Origin: Acanthaster planci
Taxonomy: Eukaryota
Direction of reading: 5' to 3'
DNA length: 64,000 nt
Assembly (NCBI RefSeq): GCF_001949145.1
Contig: NW_019091356.1
Location: 4,508,934 to 4,572,933 of the forward strand
Position 1 is the first letter of the stretch. Each line of letters begins with the position of its first letter. Below the pieces are notes generated by a model. The model made no database searches. It was not told where the DNA came from and was given only the letters and a program-made list of their open reading frames with translations. The position numbers and the translations under genes are program-made. Of this stretch, positions 1 through 12,514 are shown piece by piece.

Positions 1-3000
1 TTACCGACAGCGACAGACGTCATGAAAAACAAAGTAGATAAAAAGAGGACGTGCATTTTGTATTTTGCTTGACATTAAAGGTAAGTAGATTGTCGGGCTT
101 ACCATTAACTTTGAAGAAAGGAGGAAACCTCACATCGTCAATGATAATTGTTGGCATAAAACTGACGACCACAGCGAGCTATTTTTCTATCTGGTACTAA
201 TTAAATTCACAAGGCGAGAAATTTTCACTTTGAAGTTCTATTCTTATATACGTCGTCAAGCTGTGACTATATGGATGAATACAAAATGTGCCTTTTCAAA
301 AATAAGTTATATCCAAAGCACAAAAAAGACGGCAGTGCGCGTGTAAAATACAGGAATCTGGAAATGATTTATTCGAGAATAATGAATACGTCATGAAAAA
401 CCATCAACGTTTCATGCATAGTAAACGACTCTCAAACGGTTGAGTATGGCGCAGTTTCGTAAGGTTTTTTTTTACAAGACTCCAACAAGGTTTTCATTTC
501 GCCAAGTCATCCATCTAAAAGCACACGTGATTTAACCATGGATCACTTAGATTAAATCCACCAGACAGCTTCTGTACACCTCCAAATCATGTCTCGCTTT
601 CGCCCCAGTCTGGCACCCACACACCAGCCTGATTTCAACCTCCTATTGACATCAGGCCACCGCGTGTCTGAGGCCTATCTTGAAGCTGCCATGATCAGTT
701 TAATCCCGAGCTAACCTCGTGCTGACAACGCATCGAGAAGTGCGTTTCTGCGTTCGATGCTCATTACGAAATGAGGTGAAAGTCCCACACATGTTTTCTT
801 GGCACTACCATACCAGTCCCAAAGCTGCAAGTTCCGCCACGGAAATCCAATTTGGATGAATGAAATCGTGGAATGATCACATTTACGTGACATTATAAAA
901 AGAAAAAGAAGACAAACAAAAAGTTTTCAAGCTATATCCATACTGCTTGGTCAAACTATTTTGATAAAAATCAATCCATAAAGTCGAATTGACTTAGCTT
1001 TGTGGACTACAACCTGTATTGAACACACTAAGTCTTATGGTCACAGATTTGCAAACTGACAGCTCCGTTCAAGTATGCTCACAAGCAAATTAACGCGTTC
1101 AACTGTATGACTATTCTGTGGAAACGTTCTTCTTGGAACGTGTACACTCGTTTTGATGATGTCAGTCATTTAATATTATGATTTGCAGTTTCCATGGTAG
1201 CGTCGAACAAGGCAAATGCCGCCAAGTGTACTTTCGAGACGTTTCGTTCCACGGATTTCCTTTTCCTTATCATTATAAACATTTTCAAGGAGAAGTTGGT
1301 TTCTCTTTAGTTTAAAGCTGCCGCATATCATTAACATTTACGAAGACAATATATCAACACCGCATTGTCAAAACAGATATACACGAACACCATAAAATAC
1401 AGTGGCAGGCAAATGGCAAACAAAGCACAGTGACAGCCTCTTCTAGAATCAATTAAGGAGAGAATTTGTCTATCTTCCCATAAAAAAGACTGGTCACGCT
1501 ATTTCCCCTACTTTGCTACGCACAGGTTGCAAAGTTTATACATTTGGTAAGGGTGCTGACGATCGCATGAAAATTGGTGATTGTTGCAAAACGAACATAA
1601 CAAATTACCGCATGAATACATAGTTGTCACGTGCTAATAACATCACACATTGTAGGACTACTTTAACGTTTGCTCAGTGTTGGTCGATCCACAGAGAGAT
1701 GCGAGACGACATAGCCTTCTGGTACGTACGATCAGCAGACAGGCGTCTTTGACGTCATTGCGATATTCTTGATGTCATACTGCAACTTCCTTTGATTTCT
1801 TAGAATGGATAGAAAGCAAAATAAACATTAAAATCCAACGAACGCGACGGGTTAAAAATGTATTGACGTAGGCGTAAACGGCCATAAATAGCGGCTAATT
1901 GCATTATTTTGGGGAGCTGTCCAGGATGTGGTGTCCTCTTGTTCACAGTCCAAGGTTATCAACAATGAAAATGACCATTAACTTTACACTCGACAAGCAC
2001 TATGTACATAAAGAAAATTTAGGGGAAAGTTCGATTTACATAGTTTTTGTGCCATTTATCTCCAAAAACTGAACAATCCGAAGAATTTGGGTTGAAATTC
2101 TTGGTACAATTTGTTGATTGAACCCCACATCATCATTATCCACCGTTTTATTACCATGAGTCTCCGCGTGCAATGCATAAAACATGATCTTAAAGGTATG
2201 CAATACGGAAAATGTCACACGCAGACATAGACAAGTAGACCTAAGTACGATGAGTCGCATGATCCCACATACACAAGCATTCACACCGCCCGCCGGGATA
2301 CCGTGGATTGGAAAGACAACGTGCTACGCGTCGCCGTTTACGCGCGGCACGACCGGTTAGCGAGTCGCCATCTAATTGTCGTGGGGGAAAAGGGGCTTAA
2401 GTTTCTCGCACTCAACTACTCGCACGCCGGCTTGCCCACGGGGCACAAACGATCTCTTCAGACTGCTGTATTTAAAGAAAGAGTACAGTAGATGATAATG
2501 CCATTCCGTCATAAAAGAAGTCCCTGGGAATGCCTTCAATCTGGCCTTGGAGTCTGAGGCCACGGCGACGGCTAGAAACGGAGGGAAATGGTGGCACAAA
2601 AGAATTATCTCCGTAAAAGCCGCCAAGAATGAACCTGCTGTTTAAGTCGATTATAAAGGAGCATTTGTCTTGTGTGATTTTGGAGATCAATTAGTGCTGC
2701 GTTTCTCGACTCACCTGTGAAAATCTTTCATGTGCGGTGTTCGCCTGTTATAATTCTCTTCATTCTCTTGACGCTGATCCAAGTGATGATATCCAAATCG
2801 ATAAATTTATTTTTGTCTTTTGAGATCTGTTATTCAAATCATCTAACAAAAGTCTGTGCCAGTATTCGAAGAAGCCCTTTTGTCGGTAAAGACATATTTT
2901 TCAGGATAGGAAATAACCAATGCACTGTCACAAGCATGACTACATGTACATCTATGCAAACTCCTGATCAAATGGGGATCTTCCTCTAAAAGATTTAACA

Positions 3001-4189
3001 ATCGACCATATTAGATTTTTACTTTAAAATTCTGGCTTAAAATTAAACACCTACATTTTTACTTTATATATCGTGATTGTTACAGCAATTTACATCACTT
3101 TCTAGGCTGTTTTCGACAGAACTATTACCAATTAGAACCTTGCACGTTCCAGCTTAACCACTGGCGCAAGGGATTTTTCACGTACATGCATGATAGACTT
3201 ATCCAGGGTAGAACTCTTACAGCACGTTATGTATGATTCAATGGTTCATCTATTCAAACTTGAGTGTTCATTTGAGCGTTAGGTCATCTTACGTAGAAAA
3301 TGAGGCAGTGGACGTATTTATATCGAGACGCACGCATTAACGTCGCGCGTGCTCCAAAGATTGGCACATGGCCAACCTGCAGAGCACGTGCGTCTAGATT
3401 TTTTTCTTTAGTATATAGAGTAAGAATAGTTGATTTAGAGCGTGTGTTGAAATACGGTGGTGTAATTACATGAATCCGAGCATATACGAAGCTGAAGCAA
3501 TGAACACAACTGGTTGGAATATCCGCGTCTGAAGTACCGTACAATTTCAATTTCTGGTCCTTAACAAAGGTCTGCCGCTGTAAAAAAAAATAATGGGGGA
3601 GGGGATACTTGAAAGCATACAGATGCAAAATCTGTCATGAAAATGTAATTCGTCACTGAAAGTTAATGCTTACGATGCGGAGACAGCTGTGCCTTAGAAT
3701 AATTAAAACTGTCGAAACAGAAGTTAACGCCTGTGCTTCTGATGGAATGAATGATTTTCTGTGGCTGTCGATGACGCTGTCGTCTTTTGGATGCATCTTT
3801 CATAATTATATATCTAACACTGAATGCCTGATAAGATTGCGATTTCAGCATTGTATGCCTTGAAGTTGCAAATCCTACGACATAAATAGTGAAGGTGATG
3901 GCCCATGGAAGAAGTGAGAAAATAAATCGAAAATGACAACTCTAAAACGGTTGCCGAGCAACATTTTCCCACCGTCGTTAGCGCGTTCTGTGCCCTAATG
4001 TTAAAAAAAACAATACAATGCTGTGACATGACGTTTTCCTTTGTTATTACAATTGTGCTTTATAGAATAATGATGAATGGGCTATTCCTGTGTCTTCTTT
4101 GTTAATTACACGGTATACTGGATGCTACTCCGATATAATCATATAAATATTGCGTAAAAGCGAGTGCCACTTGTAATAGACTTTGCCGC

Positions 4190-4353
4190 ATCACTAAGGG
4201 TCAAAGGTCATCATGATCACCGAGTTAAACCATGTCGGAATAGGGTTGTATTTATTTTCACCCAATGAGGAAAAAAAAATCACGAGTTTCCAAAGTTGCC
4301 GTGGATGGTGCACTTTCAGTCCACGCACGATTTGTTTTTTTTTTACGAGATGG
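4190..4353 (+). other. Probable non-coding 5' exon / promoter region of the PCGF/BMI1 gene
   Basis: Strong donor TGG|GTAAGT at 4353/4354, followed by a CpG- and TAG-rich stretch. The ATG-containing exon has its own acceptor (TTTTTCTTTTCCACCAG ending 6665), so an upstream exon is required. The 5' boundary is a guess. Confidence 0.4.
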
Positions 4354-6700
4354 GTAAGTAATTTACCGGGAGTCGTTCGAGTAGACTGCGCGGCTAGGCT
4401 AGCCTACGAACCGTCGATCTGGGTCGCCTTGCGGCCTACTGCTATCGTAGTAGAGTCGGTATGCTATCGCAAAGCGCGTCCAGACCATGGTCTGCATGCT
4501 TGTATTTAATTGCGTACAGTAAAGAATTATCACTTTACTCCTGTCGATTTTACCTAAAGTATGAAACATTGCTGCTTTGACCAGACATTAACACAATAAT
4601 TGTACAGCAACTTTTGCGACATAACAATTGTGAAAATCCCTATAATTATATAAACTGATCGTGAGCTCACAATTAAAATGTGTGTACAGGAAATGCACAC
4701 GCTGTATTGCGTGATAATTTCAATTCTGATGGTGTTTTCATTTCCTCTTGGCGGCGCTGGGGAAGTTCACGGGAATTTCTATTCTCTGTCCCTTGTTGTT
4801 TTCAATCTGCCTTCGTATAGTTGGGTTGGTCCACTTGAACGTTTCTTGTACTTCTGCGACGCAAGTTTGAATCGTAACCAAGCAGACATCGACGGGACTT
4901 TCCGTACATTTCCCCAGCACTTTCCCTCCTACCTCGTTATGTGAACAAAATATGTATCGTTACTGTCGTCAACTTCACGGATATGCTAAATTATGACACT
5001 TTTGAAAGAACTTCGGTTTTACTGCCGAAAAAAATTAGATTCGCATAATTTCATAAATTTACCGTTTCTGTGGAAACGTCAGGAGAAAAAGCGTATATTA
5101 CATGTTCATCGCCTTGGTAACAAAACTGACTAAGGCAATGTGCAAGAAATGACAGACACATTATGAGAAAGACAGCGAGACAAAAACGTGCGTCGTTTCA
5201 TAACCTGGGGAAAAAATGACGACGAAGAGCAGCCTTATCAGGCGAGATTAATTTCCAAGATTACACGCCAGATTGCCCTGAACATCTCTGTCAAGAGGAA
5301 ATGAAGCTAGAACACGAGCAAGTCTGAATTAGTGCTGTAAGCTCTGGTACCATTTACGCGATAGATATATCTGATACAGAAAAAGACCAATGAAATGGCA
5401 AGATGTCTTGCTGGAGCAAATACAGCGAAACCTTGGACTACTGGACTCGTTTAATGCATACAAAACTGTGTGGTATGAAAATACATCGATTAACGAAGTG
5501 CACATTCCCACCTGCGTGATGTAATTTAATTTGCCTGTGAAATGCGTACTGTTCACAACTTCACATGAGTTGTTGACGGAGTCACGGGAAGGGCAAATGC
5601 TGCTTCGTCTCACCCTCCAAGTTCGGCTTCCGCAATTTTTTGTCAATGTAACTTTGCCTGAGGCAATTTCAGGAGAGTTATGACTGTGAAAGCTATCAGC
5701 CAGAGTCAAAATTGATTTAGTTTACAAAGTCCGGAGAGCACGAGACTGAGCGAACCGTGAAACCGTGGATCGGAAGGCAGGAAGGGTTAACGGAGGCTAC
5801 ACTTAGCCTACCGCTGACACACTTGGCTCGGAGCCTGAGAAAGTGATCAACAGATCAAGCTCGAGATGATCTTTAAAGAACAGGTGTAGACGTACAGGGA
5901 AATAGGGGTGTGTCCAGTACTTTGGGCCTCAGTGGAAGACACTAGATTCACATAAGAACTGCACGTATAAGGGATTGAATGAAAAAAGCTTATCAGCAGG
6001 AAAATCCACCGAAACACCACCACTTTGTATTGTTAAACCACTGAATGGGTTGAATCGCACCATCGACAGCTCGCCTAATTTTGAAGCGGTCGCCCACCAC
6101 CAGTTTTTAAATTTTCGGGCAAAAAATCATGAACCTTGCCAATCTTCAAGTTCAATGCGGATTTACGCCAACAAGTGGAACCATGGAATGGAGCGTCATC
6201 ATCTGATCACGATCCTTGTTTTCCTTGAGACGCACATGGTGACCTGTGCCGCTATGATCCTGGTAAAAGGTCATGGTCACCGTATACCAGTTAACCAGTC
6301 TAGATCAGATGTCGGTAACCGATTGCTAAAAATCATATTGTTGTCCTTGTCTAAAAATTCTCACACACCCGAAATGAAGTTACTGTCTACCCAGGAAGCA
6401 ACGGGCACGGTTCAGCGTGATAGCGCTGTACCTCCTCGAATTGGTAGACACAGGAGACATACTACACTTCTTACTGCCACCCACAAGTTCCCACTTTCTT
6501 TTACGTCATAATCAAAATGTTGTAATCACTCTGTTCTCCATACTGAGCGTTGTCGACGGAGGCAGTCTGATCTTTGCTTGTTGGAAGCAATCTGTTTCCA
6601 ATCCAAATCTGTACCACAACACTGTACTTTATCTCGCCTTCGTTTGCATTTTTCTTTTCCACCAGCCCTGTGATCATTGGCAGCCCCATTCCCAACAAGA

Positions 6701-9700
6701 ATGGCTGATCGAGACCGACCTCCTCGACCGAAGATAACGGACATAAATCCGCTCATCGTCTGCATACTATGCGGGGGCTACTACGTGGATGCAACCACCA
6801 TTGTGGAGTGTATGCACAGCTGTAAGTGGCTTTCCAACCCTCCCCCCTTCTGTGTCAAACAGGAACAGGGAAATCTTTAGACAGCATTGAAATCGTTGAG
6901 CGTTGCAGGCATGCGAACGTGATAAAGGAATCATCTCACCTTCTTCTCGTAATTCACTAAATTTTGTTTAAGGCGTTTCACCAAAACAAATTATTTCTAA
7001 TACCTGAGCAAAATGAGTTTGATCAATGTGCAAAAACATGAAGGTTAAACTAAGTACAATAGTGGGCAAAGCGCAAATGAAATTGGGCATTGAAGATAAG
7101 GCTGAAGAACAGTTAAGTATCAGGCGTCATTCCACGTCAATTATAGTCATTGTCATTATGACGTCATATTAATTTCAACAGACTGACCTGTTTGCACTGT
7201 TCTCGATACTGCATGTGTATTATTTACGCAATAAAAACAACAAAACAAAAACAAAACACGAGGTAATCAATAAAGCTTTGCTTGAATTGTTTACAGCGAC
7301 TGACATTTAAAAATCGGCCAATTTACATTCAGTTACAGCTTCGGTCTGGGGTCATCTTTTTCACTGGAAAGAAACATTAATTGATGCATTTGTTAGTTTG
7401 CTGTCTAAAGAATCAGGAGAAAGAGCAATGTCCTGGAAAAACCTCTTACTATTTAACCCCAATATACAAGCACTTTCGGTTTTCTTAAGCCTCCACGCCA
7501 GTGTTGTTTTTTTTCCCAACAAAATCTACAAACAAAATCTCCCTGGTGTCGTTTGGGCCGAGTGTTGAATAGAACACTGAACAGTGAAAAGGACTACTCT
7601 CCTGCCCTCACAATGCTATTGTCCACACACGGCTTGTGTGAATCTTTCATTCGCATATCACTGTTCAAGCCGACTGTACAATTGGGCTGTTGCGTTTTTT
7701 TGTAATTCAAGACCTGCACTGGTACATGGTCTATGTGCGGTGGGTAGGTTGATGGAGATTGCAGATATGATTGCGAGTGTGATGAAATCGGATATTTGAT
7801 GTGGTTGGGGAACAGGTCTCATTAAAATTGCCTGCTGGACAAAAACTTAAGAGTTAACAATGGGAAAGGGAAATACTCCTGTGAATTCCAAAGTGCTCTT
7901 ACCATCTCGTATAAGTATTGATTTATTGTCTCTGTAATGAAAGAAAGCGCTTTCAGTGTGGTTTTGGTTTTGATGCCAAACCGAAATGTCTTCCCCGCGA
8001 AGAAAACAATCAAAAAAGATATATAAAAGAAAAAGAAATTCAAACAAATTGTATAATAAACTTAACGACCAACACTGCCACAAGTTCCCTAACAACTAAA
8101 TTTATATTAAGTATTTGTGCGATGAGCGAACCACACCGAAGATATCCAAGATTTGGGCTACGGTCAGAGTACTTCAGAACTCGTGACTACACGCACGGAG
8201 GGTCGTACCATGACGGTGTGAGTCACATTTGTTCTTCAGGATCAATTTGATAATATTGCGGTGAATCAGTTGTTGTGACACTGGGGGCGCTTAACGCCTG
8301 ATTAATAGAAAAAAATCTTATTATGGGGATGGGAGAGCCAGTTAATATTCACGTCCTGTTTGTTCGCTTTTCGCAGCAGATTCGGTGCCATGTTATGTCA
8401 CTTCTGATCCCTGCTTGGACATGTGGCATTCACTTAATGTAGATTTTGTTTAAAAAAAAGGCGAAATGTCATAACGAAACTTTATTTGTGTCACAGGAAA
8501 TGAACGTTATGATGTGATTACCAGTCGGTAATCAAGTGTTGACAAGTGATATAAAGTAGAAGTGAATAATTCTGCCTTCCTTGTCGTCGACAAGACGTGT
8601 CGACGAAGCTCCACTCTGGTTGATCATAACACATGTATCTCGACATGCAAATTGTGCCTACACTAATGAACTTTGGGAAATGAAATTGGGGACATAAACC
8701 AATGTGAATGGACTGTGCGGGTTGGTCTTTTTTCTTAATCTAGAATCCATGCACCCTCAATGTGTGAGAAATCAAATCAAATTCAATTTCTTGGCCTCAA
8801 GCCATGCCCGAATTAATATGTGCTGCATTTTTAAATTTAATGCCAGAGTTTGATTGACGGAACTGATATCACGTCTGCACGAGAAAGGGGGCTCATCACA
8901 GAGTTCCCCTCCCAGTGGACTCAGCTTGTGAAACTCTCATTCTTCTCTTACAAAAGCTAATAATCATAAACAATCATTTCAAATTTATTGTACACCCCTT
9001 CCACGGTGATGATTTAAAGGTACATCAGAAGTAAGCAAATTTACTCTTTAATGACACAGGCGGAGAGATGCCAATGTTGAGATAAAGTCATGTCACCGCG
9101 CTAAAGCCCAAAACTGCAGTATCGGGTAGGGATTAAATTTTCCTAAATCCCTGCTCCGGGAAACTACTGGCAAGAGTGGCTTTTCAACACCGGATGTAAA
9201 GAGACACTTGTCAAATTTACATCACATGGTGGCAACATTCCCATAAGCTCAATTATCACTTCAGTTCGACGTGTTCACATTTTCATATCGCCCTATCTTT
9301 TGGTCGAGATAACACACTCCTTTCTTGGATAGAGTGCAGCGTAAAGTAAAAGAGATACTTTATTAAAACGATAAGTCAAAATCAGTGCTAGCGTCACGTC
9401 CCACGTGCACACCGCATAACTCTTGATTTCAGAGCGGTCTTTTGTTGTCGAATCCCCGCAGATTGCAGAGCATGTATAGTTGCCTACCTGCGGCAAAGTA
9501 AACAGTGCCCAACATGTGACATTCTGGTGCATAAATCCAGGCCCATGGAGAAAATCAGGTAATGTGCGTCATAAATTTCATGTTAGTCAATTACAATAAA
9601 ATCCCAGGGAACGGAGTCAGCTAGCGGTGCAAGGGGAAGGAGGACGAAAATTTCTCTGTCAACTTTTTTCTGCTCTCGACTGATACTTGGTGATCAAATT

Positions 9701-12436
9701 CATTCTGGCAAAAATTGCCAAGCCAGATTTGATCTTGCGCAAACATTTATTTTGAATGTGAAACAGACTCTTTATTTTGAAACCCATATTTTAAAGAGAA
9801 CCCAGTTTAGGTTGTTGTTTTCCATCCTTGACTTGACTTGTAATATTTTTCAGTTGCGCCCTTTTGATCTTAGCTTTCCATTATGCTTCCAATACAGCAA
9901 TGAAGTGACAGCATTCCCTGTTGTGAGCAATACATGCCTGTAATAATCTTGGGATTTTAATTGGCAGGTTGTATGCCATCTTAAATAGCAATCACAAATT
10001 TAGATAATTTGCAGACAAAAAAAATTCACATTGAATTGAACTGTGTACAAATATATCTTGTCTGAGAAAAGCAATTTCAGGGAGGATAATATTTTCGACC
10101 TCAAAATCTACAACAAAATCGACTGAGTAATGAAGTCACTTCTTCCCGCTGCTTTGAATTTGCGATTTCGCGATATGCGATAACCTGGACAGCATTATGA
10201 AGAGTATTTTGAGATCTCACCCTGTGGCGTGGTTAAAGGATTATAAACACACAAAAAAAGACTGGAATTAACAGAGGTGTCTGTTTTCCTGTGAGGTGAT
10301 GAGATGTGTTTGTTTTTCATCACAATATTTTTGTAGTTTGAAAAGAAATGCCTGGTGCCTAACAATGCTTTTGACGTGTTTTTGTTTTAAGAATGCTGTT
10401 TTTCAATGCGATTTTCAGAAAAGTCACTCCTTTTAAAAACATTCTCAGAAACGCAATTTTCCTTTGCAATTTCATTAAATATTTTCCATTTTTTTGTTTT
10501 CTGATTGACTCCAAAAAGTCCAAACGTTACGAGAAAGAAAACAATAACATGGGGCGGGGCAACGTATGCTCCCGAGAGTCATTGCTTCATAGTGACGTCA
10601 GAGGTAGACATTTGCATTTTTAATCAGGCCAGACTCGGCACTCCAGAAGCTCGTTTACAAGATGGTACCCGGTCTGTACAGAGATGAGACAAGACGGAGG
10701 AGGGACTTCCAAAGCACACACGTCCAACATTCCGGTGAGAAAGCTTGCGCCGTCTTTGGACTCATGACAAAGAAGTAGTACCTCTTGCACCTCTTTGAGA
10801 GGAGGAAGAGTTACGTCAGTGGAAGAAGTGAAGGAAGACATGTTGAAACAATGTATGGTTTCAAAAATAACTTCTTCTTATTACAGCAGGAAAATATCAT
10901 TTCACTGTACGTCAGTCAAATAGTATCTTTACGGGGAGAACGCAGACTCCTGATTCGTAATTTACAAGGGGAACAGCTGAGGCAAACAGTCTGTTTTGTT
11001 TTTTGATAATTGACAACTGTAATGCGGAATTTTACATCGTGTTGCTTTTCACAGAGAACGAAGAGTCGACAGGTTCCAGCGCTGCAGAAGATCCAACGAG
11101 GATACGCGACGATTCTATCATCATCTACACGCATGACGAAATGATCTGCTTATCACTTGAGTATTGTCAACCTAGTGCCGTTGCCACTCCAGATAAAAAG
11201 CAAATGAACGGAGATGGCGAGTCACGTGACGCTGGAACAGATATCAACGGCAACGCTATCACTGACAAGAAGGTAAGGGGTTATGCTTGGCTGTATCAAA
11301 GCGTTATACATCATGATGCATAATGTCCATACGTAGGCCTACATGGACATGTGCATACTTCAATTTTGGGCGTGCACTTTTTGTCACTTCGAAGTCGTCA
11401 AGCAGTTATTAAATTATCGAAACGGCTGAAAACCACATCATATTACATCGTCTTTCGCAATACTGAACATGTCATTACCTGTTTGGTGATTGTAGGATAT
11501 CGACGCCAGATACTTGAGGTGCCCAGCAGCAGTTCAGGTCAGTCACCTGAAAAAGTTCATCCGAAATAAATTCGGTTTGCCACCAACATACAAGGTAAGT
11601 AATGTAAAGGGATTAATATGAGCTTGAGCAGATGAAGTATTGCATTCAATAATCAGCTGGATAGGTAAGGACTGCCCACGTACGATTTTATTCAGGACAG
11701 CAAACCTTTGGCTAAAAGACAGAAACGAGAGAGTTGATACGTGAAGGACAAGAAGATTTCGTAATTCTAATTTGTAGCACGACAGATGCATTACGTTAAG
11801 ATTTTGTACGGCGTCTACCAAACGTTCTTCGACAGCAACAGCAAACTTTTGGTGAGGCAATGCCAATATGTTTTGCTTGCAGATGCGTGCTAGTTTGAGG
11901 CTAACCTTACAGTGGTTAATTTGACAAATTTTCCGTTTTTATATTAATCCGCCAGGTTGATTTGCTTCACCGTGAAGGACAAGACAAGGTTTTGAGAGAC
12001 GACTATACCTTGATGGACATCGCCTACATCTACGCATGGAAACGGGTGAGATCATCATCTTGTTTAGATTACTTATATCAAAATAAGAACCAAATGAAAC
12101 GATTTATCATGTTGGATTCGAACAGCCGAGAGTTACATGTCCTTGGTTTCATTTCAAATCAATAAGTTGTTCTTTCTGTTGACTGCCCAATATGGTCTGC
12201 GCATAAAAACACACTGGTTAATCTCAGGAATCATTATTTCACAGATGGGACCCTTGCCACTTCTTTATCGCATCTGTGAACCTCTTCCTGGCAACAACAA
12301 AAGAACGTGTAGTGACGCCAGTATGACGTCAACACCAGCTAGTAACGGCGCTTCCCCACCGAAGAGTGCCAAGATCCAACAACCAATCAAAGTGACAGTT
12401 TCTAGCACACAGCCACAACCAGTGATGGTGACATGA
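6701..12436 (+). CDS. BMI1: Polycomb group RING finger protein, BMI1/PCGF2(Mel-18)/Psc family (canonical PRC1 subunit), 307 aa
   Basis: Exons 6701-6821, 9462-9558, 10628-10734, 11055-11272, 11496-11594, 11956-12045, 12245-12436, all GT-AG and phase-consistent (924 nt). C3HC4 [52 protein letters not shown], helix [21 protein letters not shown] domain [24 protein letters not shown]...[18 protein letters not shown], short P/S/T-rich tail. Probably co-orthologous to vertebrate BMI1 and PCGF2. Confidence 0.93.
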
Positions 12437-12463
12437 TGGTGCTATTGGCTTTGTTTTTAGTGA

Positions 12464-12514
12464 GTTTGTTTGTTTGTTTGTTGGGTTGTTTGTTTGTTTG
12501 TTTGTTTGTTTTTG
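12464..12514. repeat. (GTTT)n microsatellite just after the PCGF stop codon
   Basis: Interrupted GTTT run. Confidence 0.9.

Noticed and set aside
2282..2294. CACACCGCCCG resembles the universal SSU rRNA motif
   Set aside because: Only about 11 nt match and no flanking rRNA sequence is present.
2383..2560. RNase MRP / RNase P P4-like strands (GGGGCTTA with AAGTCCC; TTCAGACT with GTCTGAG)
   Set aside because: The CR-V-like strand precedes the CR-I-like strand, the reverse of the real RNAs, and the other conserved regions are not recognisable.
5975..6511. 178-aa plus-strand ORF upstream of PCGF
   Set aside because: TTG start, no recognisable domain or coding-like composition, and it lies in the inferred 5' intron.
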